The notes under the pieces were generated by a model that was given only the letters and a program-made list of their open reading frames with translations, had not been told where the DNA came from and ran no database searches. Shown in pieces: positions 1 to 9,899 of a DNA stretch of 64,000 bases (position 1 is the stretch's first letter; each line of letters begins with the position of its first letter). Source of the DNA: an uncultured Chloroflexia bacterium (GTDB taxonomy: Bacteria > Chloroflexota > Anaerolineae > Anaerolineales > UBA4823); assembly GCA_963709875.1 (NCBI GenBank), contig CAVPYB010000012.1:545154-609153 (forward strand), read 5' to 3'. Both the position numbers and the translations under genes were made by a program.

Positions 1-12
1 ATCCAGTATTAT

Positions 13-1246
13 TCAGCCGGCACTCTCTACCCCCTCCACGACGACGGGCCTCTCCTTCACCCGCAGCATGAAGGCGCCTGCCAGGAGCATGAACAGGGCT
101 GAAAAGAAGAACATGATCCGGTAGCTGCCGCCGCTGAGGTCGATCAGCACGCCGACCAGCTGCGGGCCGGCAATGGCGGCCAGGCTGGAGGCAAAATAAT
201 ACAGGCCAGTATAAGCGCCGATGCGGGCGTCGCCGCCGACATCGTAGACCATCGGCAGTGAGTTGACATTGATCAGCGCCCAGAAGAAACCCGCCGGCAG
301 CAGCAGGACGACCAGCATGAGCTGGCTGCTGACCAGCAGCCCGTAAACGAACAGCCCCGCCAGCCCGGCAACCCCGATCAGGATGATGCGCCGCTTCCCA
401 TAGCGGGTTGCCAGCAGCCCGGACGGCACCGCAAAGATCACGAACATCAGCGCCAGCCCGGAGGTCAGGATCGCTATACGCCCCTCGTCGATCCCCAGCG
501 AGAACTTGCCGAAGGATGAGATCCAGGTCTCCAGCGCGTTGTAGCCCATGAACCAGCATAGGATCGCCAGCAGGATCATCAAGCCCGACCGGTCGGCAGA
601 CCTGAACACTTCCCGCAGGTTGGCGGCAAAGCCGGCTCCCCCTTCGCCCTTATCCTCCTCCGGCGGCAGCTCTGGCTCGCGCATGAACAGCAGCACTACC
701 GTGATGGCGATCAGCATTACCACGCTTCCGAACAGGAAGGGGGTGATGCGCCCCATGCTGTACAGCGCCCCGCCGATCAGGAAGGCGGCGATTGCGCCCA
801 GACCACCCATCAGGTTGATCACCCCATTGGCGGTGCTGCGCTGGCTGGACGGGAACAGGTCGCCCAGCAGGGCGATGGTCGGGCGCGCGGAACAATGCCA
901 TCGACAGGTTGGTGAGCAGGATGGCGATCATCACCCCCAGCGGCGAACGCGCCGCCGGGACCAGGATGAAGAAGACCGCTGCCAGCGGCGCGCCGACCAG
1001 CATCCACGGCTTGCGCCGCCCGATGCGCGTTCGGGTGCGGTCCGAGCGCTCGCCCACCACCGGTTGCACGAACAGGTTCAGGTAGTTGTCCCAGGTCATG
1101 ATGAAGCCGATCACCGTGGCGGAGAGGGCGAAATCCTCCCGCAGGAAGATGGGCACGAAGTTGTTGAAGATCGGCCAGATCAGGCTGATGCCGAAGAAGC
1201 CGAACCCGAGCACGAAGGTCTTGCGGTAAGGAAAGCGACTTTTCAT
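13..1246 (-). pseudogene. MFS transporter (GPH/SLC45-like), split by one +1 frameshift as assembled
   Basis: ORFs 650..1246 (N-terminal TM helices, GERSDRTRTRIGRRKPW loop) and 13..822 (C-terminal half) are halves of one MFS protein. Shifting +1 at ~878-884 (coding strand gcgcccGacc) joins ...ALFRAP to TIALLGDLFPSSQRSTANGVINLMGG. Confidence 0.75.
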
Positions 1247-1300
1247 TCCGTTGCTCCTATATTCACCACAGAGTTCATGGAGTCAGGAAACAAGCTGTAT

Positions 1301-1337
1301 GTCATCCCGAGGGAGCGCTCTTTGCGATCGAGGGATC
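1301..1337. repeat. REP-like intergenic element (gtcatcccgagggagcg...gcgatcgagggatc)
   Basis: Same gtcatYSCGAG-type motif recurs at 13926 and 41430. It lies between the MFS and trmD genes. Confidence 0.4.
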
Positions 1338-1380
1338 CCCGAGACCTGTTCTTTTTCTGTGTTCTCTGCGCTCTCCGTGG

Positions 1381-2109
1381 TTAATCTTGGCCGTTATTGT
1401 CGAGGAACCGGCGCTCGTTGTCGCTCAGCTCCGCCTTCTCCAGCAGGTCGGGGCGGCGCTGCAGGGTGCGCAGCAGCGACTGTTCGCGCCGCCAGCGGGC
1501 GATGCGCGCGTGGTCGCCGGAGAGCAGCACATCCGGCACGCGCCAGCCGCGGAACTCTGGCGGGCGGGTGTAGTGCGGGTACTCCAACACCCCGGAGGCG
1601 TGTGAGTCGTCCCAGGCGCCGTCCGGGTCGCCCAGCGCGCCGGGGATCAGGCGCGCCACCGCGTCCACCAGCACCAGCGCGGGCAGCTCCCCACCGGTCA
1701 GCACGTAGTCGCCGATCGAGATTTCGTCCGACACCAGGTGCTCTCTAACCCGCTCGTCGATGCCTTCATAGCGCCCACACAGCAAAGCCAGGCGCGGCTG
1801 ACCCACCAGCTCCTGGGCTACTTTCTGCATGAAGGGGCGTCCCTGCGGGGTGAGCAGGATCACCGGGCAAGCCGGCGGCGCGCCAAGCACGCCTTCCACC
1901 GCGGCGAAGACCGGCTCGGGTTTCATCACCATCCCCCCGCCCCCGCCGTACGGCTCATCATCGGTCACGTGGTGCTTATCATGGGTCCAATCGCGGATAT
2001 TGTGCAGCTGCACCTCCAGCAGCCCACGCTGCTGGGCGCGCTGCAGGATGCTGGCTTGCAGGTAGGGTTCGAACACTTCCGGGAAGAGGGTGAATACGTC
2101 GAAGCGCAT
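1381..2109 (-). CDS. trmD: tRNA (guanine37-N1)-methyltransferase
   Basis: 242-aa ORF with hallmark TrmD N-terminus [13 protein letters not shown]..., YGGGGGMVM loop and C-terminal [17 protein letters not shown]. Confidence 0.95.
   Translation of the reverse strand: MRFDVFTLFPEVFEPYLQASILQRAQQRGLLEVQLHNIRDWTHDKHHVTDDEPYGGGGGMVMKPEPVFAAVEGVLGAPPACPVILLTPQGRPFMQKVAQELVGQPRLALLCGRYEGIDERVREHLVSDEISIGDYVLTGGELPALVLVDAVARLIPGALGDPDGAWDDSHASGVLEYPHYTRPPEFRGWRVPDVLLSGDHARIARWRREQSLLRTLQRRPDLLEKAELSDNERRFLDNNGQD
1808..2109. repeat. Direct repeat copy A (trmD 5' ~300 nt)
   Basis: Manual alignment to 10192..10493 gives about 21 mismatches in ~300 nt. An ~85-nt block is identical in both copies. Confidence 0.9.
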
Positions 2110-2161
2110 GGGAGTATTCTAGCTGATTAATGGGCGGAAGTACAAGAGAGAGGGGGAGGAT

Positions 2162-2195
2162 TTAGGAATTGCGAATTAGGAATTGCGAGTTAGGG
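2162..2195. repeat. Tandem 14-mer ttaggaattgcgaR (2.4 copies) upstream of trmD
   Basis: ttaggaattgcgaa / ttaggaattgcgag / ttaggg read directly. Confidence 0.6.
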
Positions 2196-2219
2196 CAGCA
2201 CAGTGGCTCTTGACAGGTG

Positions 2220-2266
2220 GATAAACTCTGATAAACTGTAATTATATTACGTTATGTACGTTATGT
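2220..2266 (+). promoter_or_regulatory. Candidate operator repeats upstream of the Phd/PIN operon
   Basis: gataaact at 2220 and 2230. acgttatgt repeated in tandem at 2249 and 2258. A ttgaca hexamer sits at 2211. Confidence 0.35.
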
Positions 2267-2302
2267 GCGCTCTGTACAGACTATTGTGAAAGTGAGGTAC
2301 AA

Positions 2303-2584
2303 GTGGAGAGAGAGCTGAATGTCACAAAAGCCAGGGAAAAGTTCAGCGACTTGGTGGAAGGTGTCCAATTTCAAGGTGACGCCTACATCATCAGCCGTCA
2401 TGGCAAGCCTGCTGCAGCCATCGTGCCGATCGAGGTGTACGAAAGCTGGAAAAGGGAGCGAGCCGCATTCTTCGACTTGATCCGGACTGCTCAGGGTGCT
2501 GCCGACCTGGACCCCGAGACCGCCAACCTCCTGGCGTCTGAAGCTGCCATGGCTGCTCGCTCCGGAGATCGAAGCACCCGGTGA
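2303..2584 (+). CDS. Type II antitoxin, Phd/YefM family
   Basis: 93 aa with LNVTKAREKFSDLVEGV...YIISRHGKPAAAIVPIEVYESW, typical of Phd/YefM. GTG start with gtgagg RBS. The stop overlaps the toxin start (GTGA). Confidence 0.85.
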   Translation: MERELNVTKAREKFSDLVEGVQFQGDAYIISRHGKPAAAIVPIEVYESWKRERAAFFDLIRTAQGAADLDPETANLLASEAAMAARSGDRSTR

Positions 2585-3004
2585 TCGTGGTCCTGGATAC
2601 AAACGTGCTGGTCAGCGCACTGCTGTCAGCTTCCGGACCGCCAGCCGAGATCATCCGCCGCTGGGAAGGGGGTGATTTTGAAGTTATCGTCTCACCACGG
2701 ATGCTGGCTGAACTGGACAGGGCGCTGGGCTACCCTCAGGTATCAAAGAATCTCAGACACACCCCGGAGCAGCGCAATGCTTTCATCCGCAGCTACGCGG
2801 CGGCTGCCACCCTGGTCGAGCCGCAGACAGATCTTGACGTCATTCAGGACGACCCGGGGGATAACAAGATACTGGAATGCGCAGTAGAGGGCGAGCGCGG
2901 ATTACATCGTCAGCGGAGACCGGCACCTGCTCGACCTGAAGGAATACCGGGGCATCGCGATCCTGCCGCCGACCGGTTTTCTTACCCTTCTGAATTTGGG
3001 GTAG
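2581..3004 (+). pseudogene. PIN-domain toxin, one +1 frameshift as assembled
   Basis: The N-terminus MIVVLDTNVLVSALLS...DPGDNKILECAVE is in frame. After ~2889 the conserved ASADYIVSGDRHLLDLKEYRGIAIL continues in the +1 frame to the stop at 3002..3004. Confidence 0.8.
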
Positions 3005-3766
3005 AGGGATGGGGTGCACCGCTCCATCCTGGAAGCCTGCCATGCCGGGACGGACACCCCTCTCCTGGGATCGGGAGAGACGAAACTTTTTTCGCGGGGG
3101 TGAGAGCGACCCGCACATACGGCTGAACTACCCGGTGGACGATCATCTATGAGAGCATACACACACGTACTTCGGTTAGGGTTGGCAATGATCGTGCTGT
3201 TTGCCAGCAGTTGTCACAGATCAACCATTATTCCGACACCAGCAAATACGACTCCTGCAAATACTTTAGCAGCACCTACCGCGAGCCAGTTTGTTAGCAG
3301 CGTTACGCCAAACAAGGTAGTCACATCTGCTCCAACATCGACAAAAGAGGCTGCTCCGATACCCGTTCCCTCACCGACCGATCGCGAAGTTCCTACTCTA
3401 TCTGTCGAACATGCCCGCGTCAGGTTAGTCGAGCTACTGGCAAATAATGGGGGTTGCCAGTTGCCGTGTTTTTGGGGAATTACACCGGGTGAAACCACAG
3501 CTCAGCAAGCGAGGAATATTCTTGCACCCCTGAGCAGTCTGTCGGATTACAATGCCTTTCATCCAAAATCTGGAAAAATCCTAAATTACGGATTGAAAGA
3601 AAACCAAATGTTGGATGTATTTATTAGTTACCTGGAAGATCAATACAATGTTTATGGTGTTTCTTTTGAGGCGCGAGACTTGATAAAGCTAGTGGCTCGT
3701 CATTGATGGATTGACGAGTCGATAAAAGTAGAATAAGCTATCTCCATAGAAACCGGAGGTAGCAAA

Positions 3767-4893
3767 GTGAACAAGAAATACATCGTAGATTTAACAACTG
3801 AAGAACGAGCTGATTTAGAAAGTCGCTTGCGGGGGGGCGAAATGGGAGTGCGCAAAGTAAAGCGCATCCAGATTTTGCTCAAAGCAGATGAAGGCTGGAG
3901 CGATGAACGCATAGGGGCAGCCATTGATGTTGGTTTATCGACGGTAGAACGGACCCGGCGCAAGTTTGTAGAACGCGGCCTAGAAGGAGCGATTACAAAT
4001 CGTCGCCCGCGACGGAAGTATCCTCGCAAACTGGATGGTCGGGCAGAAGCCCAATTGGTCGCGCTGGTATGCGGCCCGGTGCCAGATGGATATGCACGTT
4101 GGAGCTTGCGACTACTGGCCGACGAGTTGGTGAAAATCGAAGGGATCGAGATAGAGACCATTTCGCATGAAACGGTGCGCTTGGCGCTCAAAAAAACGAG
4201 CTTAAGCCTTGGCGCAAAGAACAATGGGTAATTCCACCAGCACAAAGTGCTGAGTTTGTCTATCGAATGGAAGATGTATTGGATATTTATCATTTGCCGT
4301 ATGGTCCAGACTACCCAGTTGTCTGTTTTGATGAAAGCAACAAGCAATTGGTGGCCGAAAAACGCATACCAGTGCCTGCAGAACCCGGTCAGCTAGAACG
4401 GTACGATTATGAATATCAACGCAACGGTGTCCGCAATCTCTTCATGTTCTTTTCGCCACTAGTTGCTTGGCGGCATGTCAAAGTGACCAAGCAGCGCACA
4501 CATTTTGAATGGGCTTATTGCGTGAAAGACTTGGTCGACGTTCATTTTCCAGAAGCGATCCGGATTATCCTGATTCAGGATAATCTCAACACGCATAACC
4601 CGGCTTTTCTGTACGAAGTCTTTGAGCCTGCAGAAGCCAAACGTATCCTTAATAAACTTGAGTTCCATTTCACTCCAAAGCATGGTAGTTGGCTCAACGT
4701 GGCTGAAATCGAATTTAGTGTCTTGGCTCGGCAATGTCTTGACCGTCGTATCGGTGACGAAGTAGCTCTTATTCATGAAATTGCAACTTGGGAAGAAAAA
4801 CGCAACCATACCCAAGCTACGGTCAATTGGCAGTTCACAACTGATGATGCACGGATCAAACTCAAGAAACTATACCCGTCTATCGAAGGTTGA
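3767..4893 (+). CDS. IS630-family DDE transposase, two frames joined by a -1 shift at A7
   Basis: ORF 3767..4231 carries the HTH domains and ORF 4267..4893 the DDE domain. Slipping -1 on a aaa aaa c gives continuous ...ALKKNELKPWRKEQWVIPPAQSAEFVYRMEDVLDIY. Confidence 0.85.
4190..4196 (+). other. A7 slippery run, putative programmed -1 frameshift site of the IS630 transposase
   Basis: ctc aaa aaa acg lies exactly where the two transposase frames overlap. Confidence 0.6.
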
Positions 4894-5445
4894 CGTAACA
4901 CTAGTTGATCAACAAAGTGGAGGATATGCTTTTCAAGATGTCTTTGACTCACCTGACTTTGGAGAAAAGCTGGATTTCTACATGCTTCACCAGGTCCTCG
5001 ACGCCCATGGCCACCCCGGTTCGGTATTGCTTACGACCTGGGGCAAAATTCCTTCGCCAAGATATGAGCAAGGGAATTTCAAACTCATCCTTCTTTATCC
5101 AGAGCAAGGGATTGTGGTGCAATACACCACTGAGATGCGTGTCGATGGTAACAATATAGTAGGCTGCCTGGATAATGCCCATATTGAGATGGATTTATTG
5201 CCACCAGGCGATGCCGATACATTCTTTGAACAGTTAACACCAACAGATTGGCAAAACCGGATTGCTTATTACAAGCCGCTAGAAGAAGTTACATCTATGA
5301 GTATAGATGATTTTTACGAGACATTTCGTCAACCGACAGGCGAATGCCTCATAACGCCTGCAGACCTGTGGCCGATTCCTGAATATTGAGTCTGTATGTG
5401 CGGCTGAATGCTACGAAACCGATCACTCGCTCCCACCCATTCTAT

Positions 5446-5480
5446 CCCTCCCTCTCCCGGATGTTTCGGGAGAGGGAGGG
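5446..5480. repeat. REP-like perfect hairpin (14-bp stem), possible terminator
   Basis: ccctccctctcccg-gatgttt-cgggagagggaggg lies 57 nt after the lipoprotein stop. No T-tract follows. Confidence 0.5.
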
Positions 5481-5622
5481 CGCGCGTATCAAATGCGCCG
5501 GGAATGTAAATCGGCGCGATAATAGATGCACGGAACCAGGTTATGCCAGAGAAACAGAGCTACAACCAGACCAAACAGCAGCATCCGCTCTATTCACCAT
5601 CTTTGATCGACTTCATATCTCA

Positions 5623-5919
5623 ATGATTGTTACCACTCCCCAGTATAATAAGAGTCTGGCTAATTTAGAACTTACACAGTTGAGGAGAGGATTGGGGTGT
5701 ATCGAATCCCCAACAAGAATACGCCTTACAATCCCTATCGGGGCAGTTGCCGGAACTGTCTGCGGCACTATTACTGGATTTGGAGTAATTCTATTCCTGA
5801 CAGGGGATAATTTTAACCTCTCCGTTCTACTTGGAGGTTTCACAGGGACGATAATTTTTCCGATCTCAATTTTGGGTGGGTTACTCATCGGGGTAGTTTA
5901 TTCAATATTACATAATTGA
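5623..5919 (+). CDS. Hypothetical small membrane protein
   Basis: The C-terminal two-thirds is hydrophobic and Gly-rich (IPIGAVAGTVCGTITGFGVILFL...ILGGLLIGVVYSIL). The start is uncertain and I recognise no homology. Confidence 0.3.
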   Translation: MIVTTPQYNKSLANLELTQLRRGLGCIESPTRIRLTIPIGAVAGTVCGTITGFGVILFLTGDNFNLSVLLGGFTGTIIFPISILGGLLIGVVYSILHN

Positions 5920-6099
5920 CGGCTTCAATATCGATCATCATGATGAAAATCGATAATTCACGCCAATCTCGGCATCACGACCGCCCAACATCCGCTGCAG
6001 TGGACTTGGCTGCGCCGCGATTTGCAGGAGGTGAAGCTATTTTGCTATCGTGGAAGGCAGGAGATGGGATGAGCCTAGGCGCCTCAGCTCGAGGCCGTT

Positions 6100-6777
6100 G
6101 TGCAGCAGAAACAGGTAAAGATTAAGATGTTGAAGAAATGGGTTTCTTGGATTGGAATTCTTGTTATTCTTGGTAGCGAATTCTTGATTCGAAATGTTTT
6201 TCTTCCTACGAACGCGAATGAAACCCATGTTAGATATGCGATGATCATGGAATGGTTGATTCTTTTCCTGTTACTTTCACTATGGATACCCAAAGTTGAG
6301 AAGAAATCATTAGAAAGCATCGGTTTCGGAACATTCAAATGGCGTCACTTATGGATGGGGCTTTTAGTATTCGTACTTGCTACAGCAGCACTCATCATAA
6401 GTGGTATGGTGTTAGAAGCGAATGGCCTTGAGCCAATCAGGTCACTTCAGCCAGTACTCAATAATTACAGTTTCTCCACGCTATTTGGATTATTCCTAAC
6501 AGGGACCATCCTCGAGGAGATTTTTTACAGAGGCTATCTCATAGAAAGATTGACTGATTTGTTGGGTCGTCGATGGCTGGCAGGGTTTGTTTCGTGGATA
6601 GCATTCACATTGGCACATCTCAAGTTTTTTGGGATAGGGCCTACAATAGACATTAGTATATTGTCAGCAGCCCTTGTCTTGCTCTATCTAAAGGAAAGGA
6701 GTATTTGGCCGTGTATTGTGGCTCATGGAACAAACAATCTGCTGAGCTATTTGGTTTTTCCTATGCTGATACGATGA
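6100..6777 (+). CDS. CPBP-family intramembrane glutamic endopeptidase (CAAX protease/Abi-like)
   Basis: Motifs EEIFYRGYL, FTLAHL and HGTNN within a multi-TM protein. Confidence 0.85.
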   Translation: MQQKQVKIKMLKKWVSWIGILVILGSEFLIRNVFLPTNANETHVRYAMIMEWLILFLLLSLWIPKVEKKSLESIGFGTFKWRHLWMGLLVFVLATAALIISGMVLEANGLEPIRSLQPVLNNYSFSTLFGLFLTGTILEEIFYRGYLIERLTDLLGRRWLAGFVSWIAFTLAHLKFFGIGPTIDISILSAALVLLYLKERSIWPCIVAHGTNNLLSYLVFPMLIR

Positions 6778-8384
6778 TGAAGAGCTTCATTCATAAAACG
6801 AATAGGTCCATAACTTCAATAGTTTTCCTGGTTGTTTTCCTGTGTTCCAGCTTTGTTTTTCAAATCTATCCAACAAAAGCTGAAGACCCACACACTGAAA
6901 CGGTCTGGGTGTTAACTGAAACGCTAGTTAATCCCAACGGTGGACAGTTAGAGTTTTATGGGGGAGGGGCCACACCAGGCTGGTTTGGAGAAGCGCGCTT
7001 TGAAGGGACATTCGTGAAGTATGGCGTTTCGGAAACCAGCTTCCGGATAGATGATCGCTTTGTGGATCATGAATATGAGCACCACAATGTGACCATAGAG
7101 ACTTTTTTTGAGAAGCCGCCTCTGCAGATGACGTCTGGGGAAACGGTCGAGTTGAGCTATGGTTTTTCCCACAGCGGCATGGCGGAGGATGGAGGAACCA
7201 GAGTGCAGTTCTGGTATGACAGCGAAGATGTTGATATCCAACCAGAAACAGTGTTTGCATACGCACCCTGGGCTGACAATTTTGACGGCATAGCCACTGG
7301 CGAGTACAGCTTCAAAGTTCCTCCTGCAGCCAGTGGGAGTGAGATTGAGATCTATGCCAGCTGGTGGAACGCAGAACCTTGCCTGGTGATCTGGAAATAC
7401 CAGGCAAAAGAAGTGAACGGAACTTCCATCGATGATTCTGCGGCTAATGATCTTGTTCGGGAAGATGTGGCTAAAGGCAGGGAGCTTGGGGATGCAGAAT
7501 GCGCCAGATTACAGCAAGAGGTAGCCGATAAGGTTGGAAATGCCAGGGGGGCCAATGAATCCTATTTAGAGCTTGGTATCATCGGCGTAGTTGTAGGCCA
7601 GTATGGAGATACAATCCACGATTATTGTTCAGGGGGGGAAGGCCCTTTGCTGAGAGGCGGCTTGATAAAAATGGGGGATTGTATCAGAACTGGGCCAAAT
7701 GGGCGCTTGAGAATCCAAATGAATGACCGAGACGATAGAAGAAACGCTGGGCCCTCTGTGCTTAATATCGGAGCAAACAGCGAAGCATGTTTTGATAAGT
7801 TTTTCGTCAATTTTGATGATCCCCCAGAACAGGAAACAATACTTAGTGTTATTCAAGGGGCGATTCGGGTTATCTTCAAAGGTTGGAGAGGAAAATCAAG
7901 TTTTAAAGTTAGAGCAGGTGTTTCAATATGTGGTATTCGCGGCTCAGAGGTTCTCATTGCCTACGTCCCCGAATACAATGACTCTGATATGGATGTCGTA
8001 ACGGCACAGGTACTCGAAGGTCACATGGATGTCACATCAGGAATAGGCGAGACAGTCAGCTTGTACGATAACCAACAAGTGATAATCTATGGTGAGAAAA
8101 TGACCGATGTTCGATCCTTGGATCAAGAAAAATGGGACTCACATCTGGAATTTTACGGCGTGAGCGATGCAAGTTTCCCAGATGTAGAAATCGAAGAATG
8201 GGAGATAATTGCCGAAGATGTACCCGAAGATGGAAACGGTGAAGAAGAGATTACAATAGCGCAGGAAACACTCCCTCCCCTGGCTGGCTATATTTGCATT
8301 CTGGGCAGTGTTCTAATTTGCGGAGCAGCTATTGTCGCAATGCTCACCTTTGTTTACTTTGCTCGCAAGCGATCTGAACAGTGA
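6774..8384 (+). CDS. Secreted, C-terminally anchored FecR-domain protein
   Basis: The ATG overlaps the CPBP stop (ATGA). Signal peptide, FecR-like beta region (GDCIRTGPNGRLRIQM...IRGSEVLIAY...VLEGHMDV), acidic linker and a C-terminal TM helix followed by RKRSEQ. Confidence 0.65.
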   Translation: MMKSFIHKTNRSITSIVFLVVFLCSSFVFQIYPTKAEDPHTETVWVLTETLVNPNGGQLEFYGGGATPGWFGEARFEGTFVKYGVSETSFRIDDRFVDHEYEHHNVTIETFFEKPPLQMTSGETVELSYGFSHSGMAEDGGTRVQFWYDSEDVDIQPETVFAYAPWADNFDGIATGEYSFKVPPAASGSEIEIYASWWNAEPCLVIWKYQAKEVNGTSIDDSAANDLVREDVAKGRELGDAECARLQQEVADKVGNARGANESYLELGIIGVVVGQYGDTIHDYCSGGEGPLLRGGLIKMGDCIRTGPNGRLRIQMNDRDDRRNAGPSVLNIGANSEACFDKFFVNFDDPPEQETILSVIQGAIRVIFKGWRGKSSFKVRAGVSICGIRGSEVLIAYVPEYNDSDMDVVTAQVLEGHMDVTSGIGETVSLYDNQQVIIYGEKMTDVRSLDQEKWDSHLEFYGVSDASFPDVEIEEWEIIAEDVPEDGNGEEEITIAQETLPPLAGYICILGSVLICGAAIVAMLTFVYFARKRSEQ

Positions 8385-8385
8385 C

Positions 8386-9899
8386 CTGTAGTTTCGCCAA
8401 AGTTGGCGATAGGACCTTAAAAACCGCCACCAAAGACGGCAAATGAACGGGCTAGAAGAATGGCAAAGCAGGAAGGCTGGCTTTGGACCTTCCGAGTGTC
8501 ATCTGCGAAAGACCGGTGTCAGACAACTGCCCAGGGCGATGCCGTAAAAACATCCTGCAAGCAGGTCTCAATTTGTTGCGGCTGAGCAAAGGGATGTAGG
8601 ACCAAACGCAACAAGGATTGAAAGTGCTCGAGACGATGTTGGCGAATAAAGTCTGCCAGGGAAGCCTTGGAAGGGTTGTGGCTGTAGGCCAGCGCCAGGC
8701 GATATTGCAGGTAGTTGAGGGCCAGCATGACCACGGCGAACCATTTCTGAGTGGCTTCAAAGGATTGCAGCCGGAAATCGCCCAGTCCCAGGGCATTTTT
8801 CAAGTAAGTGTTATCAACCTCCACCGGCCAGCGCTTCTGGTAATATCTCAAGACTTGCTGCACTGACAAGGATAGATCAGTACAGACGAAGTACTTGGGG
8901 AATTTATCCCCGGGGCGTTTTTTGGAGATGATTGCGTGGACAGGTTCTGCAAAGCCTTCCAGATGTCCCTGGACGAGACGTGTGAAGTAGGTGGGTGGTT
9001 TGTGCAGTTGGTCCACGGCCTCGAGCGTGATCCGCTGATAAGGCTTGTGCCTGAGCGCCAGGTTGTGTTGGTCAACACGTACTTTGTCAATCCGCCGGTT
9101 CGACTTGATGGCACAGATGACCTGCCACTTCTGCCGCCGACAATATCGGATCAGTTTTTTGGAAGCGTACCAGGAGTCAAAAAGCACATAGACTTTGTGT
9201 CCTTTGGGCAAGAGCGTCTCTAACTCCACCAGCATCTGGCGGGCGAGGGCATACTTGCTGCGATAATGCAAACGTTTGTCAGCCGGTCGCTTCCGATTGA
9301 GATGGCGCACGGTCTTTTCGCGCAAGAACGGACGCGTGTCGAACAGAAAACCGAACGGCCCAATTTGCACATGCACTTCGACGTACACATAACCGTTGGT
9401 GTAAGCCTGCTTTTTCTTGCTGCTCTCGCTGTGATTGTGATGATAATCCACCGCTTCCAGATGCCGAGTGGCTTTGCCTTTCTTGCCCAGACTATCATCA
9501 ATGCCGATAAATATCTCGAAGGCAACGTTCAGCTTTCGGGCCAGTTCCAGAAATTTCACCACCATCCAGCGTTTGCGCGGCTCACTGATATCTTCTGGCT
9601 CCCAAGGGCTTTCACGCAGAAAGTCCGCCCCGCTTTTCGGGTCGGGCTGGCCTTTCAACAGACGATAGAGCCCACTGATGGTCTTGGTCTCGTTGCTGGT
9701 TAGCAGCGCATCCACCATCTGGATCAAGTGCCGTATTTGTGGTTGGTAAAGTGCCATGTTCAGAGCGTTAATAAATGCGACAAGTTCTTTAGAGTGTTGT
9801 ACAATTGCTGTGAGCATTGGTTTCCTCTGGTATCTGGATTTGTAGACAACTTATCCTACCAGATTTTCCAGTGCTCATTCTATTTTGGCGAAACTAAAG
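8386..9899 (-). mobile_element. IS4/IS701-like insertion sequence (~1.5 kb)
   Basis: 16-bp terminal inverted repeats matching 15/16 (ctgtagtttcgccaaa versus the reverse complement ctttagtttcgccaaa). Flanked by the 7-bp direct repeat cagtgac at 8379..8385 and 9900..9906. Confidence 0.8.
8519..9817 (-). CDS. DDE transposase, IS4/IS701-like
   Basis: 432 aa with GIDDS, VLFDSWY and YQKRWPVEVDNTYLKNALGL (YxxRxxxE) motifs. Confidence 0.85.
   Translation of the reverse strand: MLTAIVQHSKELVAFINALNMALYQPQIRHLIQMVDALLTSNETKTISGLYRLLKGQPDPKSGADFLRESPWEPEDISEPRKRWMVVKFLELARKLNVAFEIFIGIDDSLGKKGKATRHLEAVDYHHNHSESSKKKQAYTNGYVYVEVHVQIGPFGFLFDTRPFLREKTVRHLNRKRPADKRLHYRSKYALARQMLVELETLLPKGHKVYVLFDSWYASKKLIRYCRRQKWQVICAIKSNRRIDKVRVDQHNLALRHKPYQRITLEAVDQLHKPPTYFTRLVQGHLEGFAEPVHAIISKKRPGDKFPKYFVCTDLSLSVQQVLRYYQKRWPVEVDNTYLKNALGLGDFRLQSFEATQKWFAVVMLALNYLQYRLALAYSHNPSKASLADFIRQHRLEHFQSLLRLVLHPFAQPQQIETCLQDVFTASPWAVV

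Larger units (their letters stand above)
3692..4901 (+). mobile_element. IS630-family insertion sequence (~1.2 kb)
   Basis: Flanked by TA at 3690..3691 and 4902..4903 within CTAG on both sides. Imperfect terminal inverted repeats (gtggctcgtca... versus the reverse complement gtgttacgtca...). Encodes an IS630-type transposase. Confidence 0.85.
3149..5389 (+). pseudogene. Lipoprotein gene interrupted by IS630-family insertion
   Basis: Signal peptide plus lipobox (LFASSC). Removing 3692..4903 (the element plus one TA copy) joins ...ARDLIKL to VDQQSGGYAFQDVF... in frame, giving a 342-aa product. Confidence 0.8.

Noticed and set aside
548-1384. Long ORFs antisense to, or out of frame with, recognised genes. 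Examples: 548..1384, 11334..12518, 17330..18607, 26717..27778, 38427..39830, 54326..55165 and many Arg/Pro/Gly-rich ORFs in the track.
   Set aside because: These are typical shadow ORFs of GC-rich DNA. They have low-complexity RPGA-rich translations and no recognisable domains, and each fully overlaps a gene with strong homology on the other strand or frame.
2162-2195. CRISPR-like arrays. I considered the tandem 14-mers here, the ttcatcc repeats at 30552..30587 and the PT-repeat coding region near 25850.
   Set aside because: They have only 2-4 very short units, with no unique spacers of CRISPR size and no cas genes. The last is a coding low-complexity repeat.
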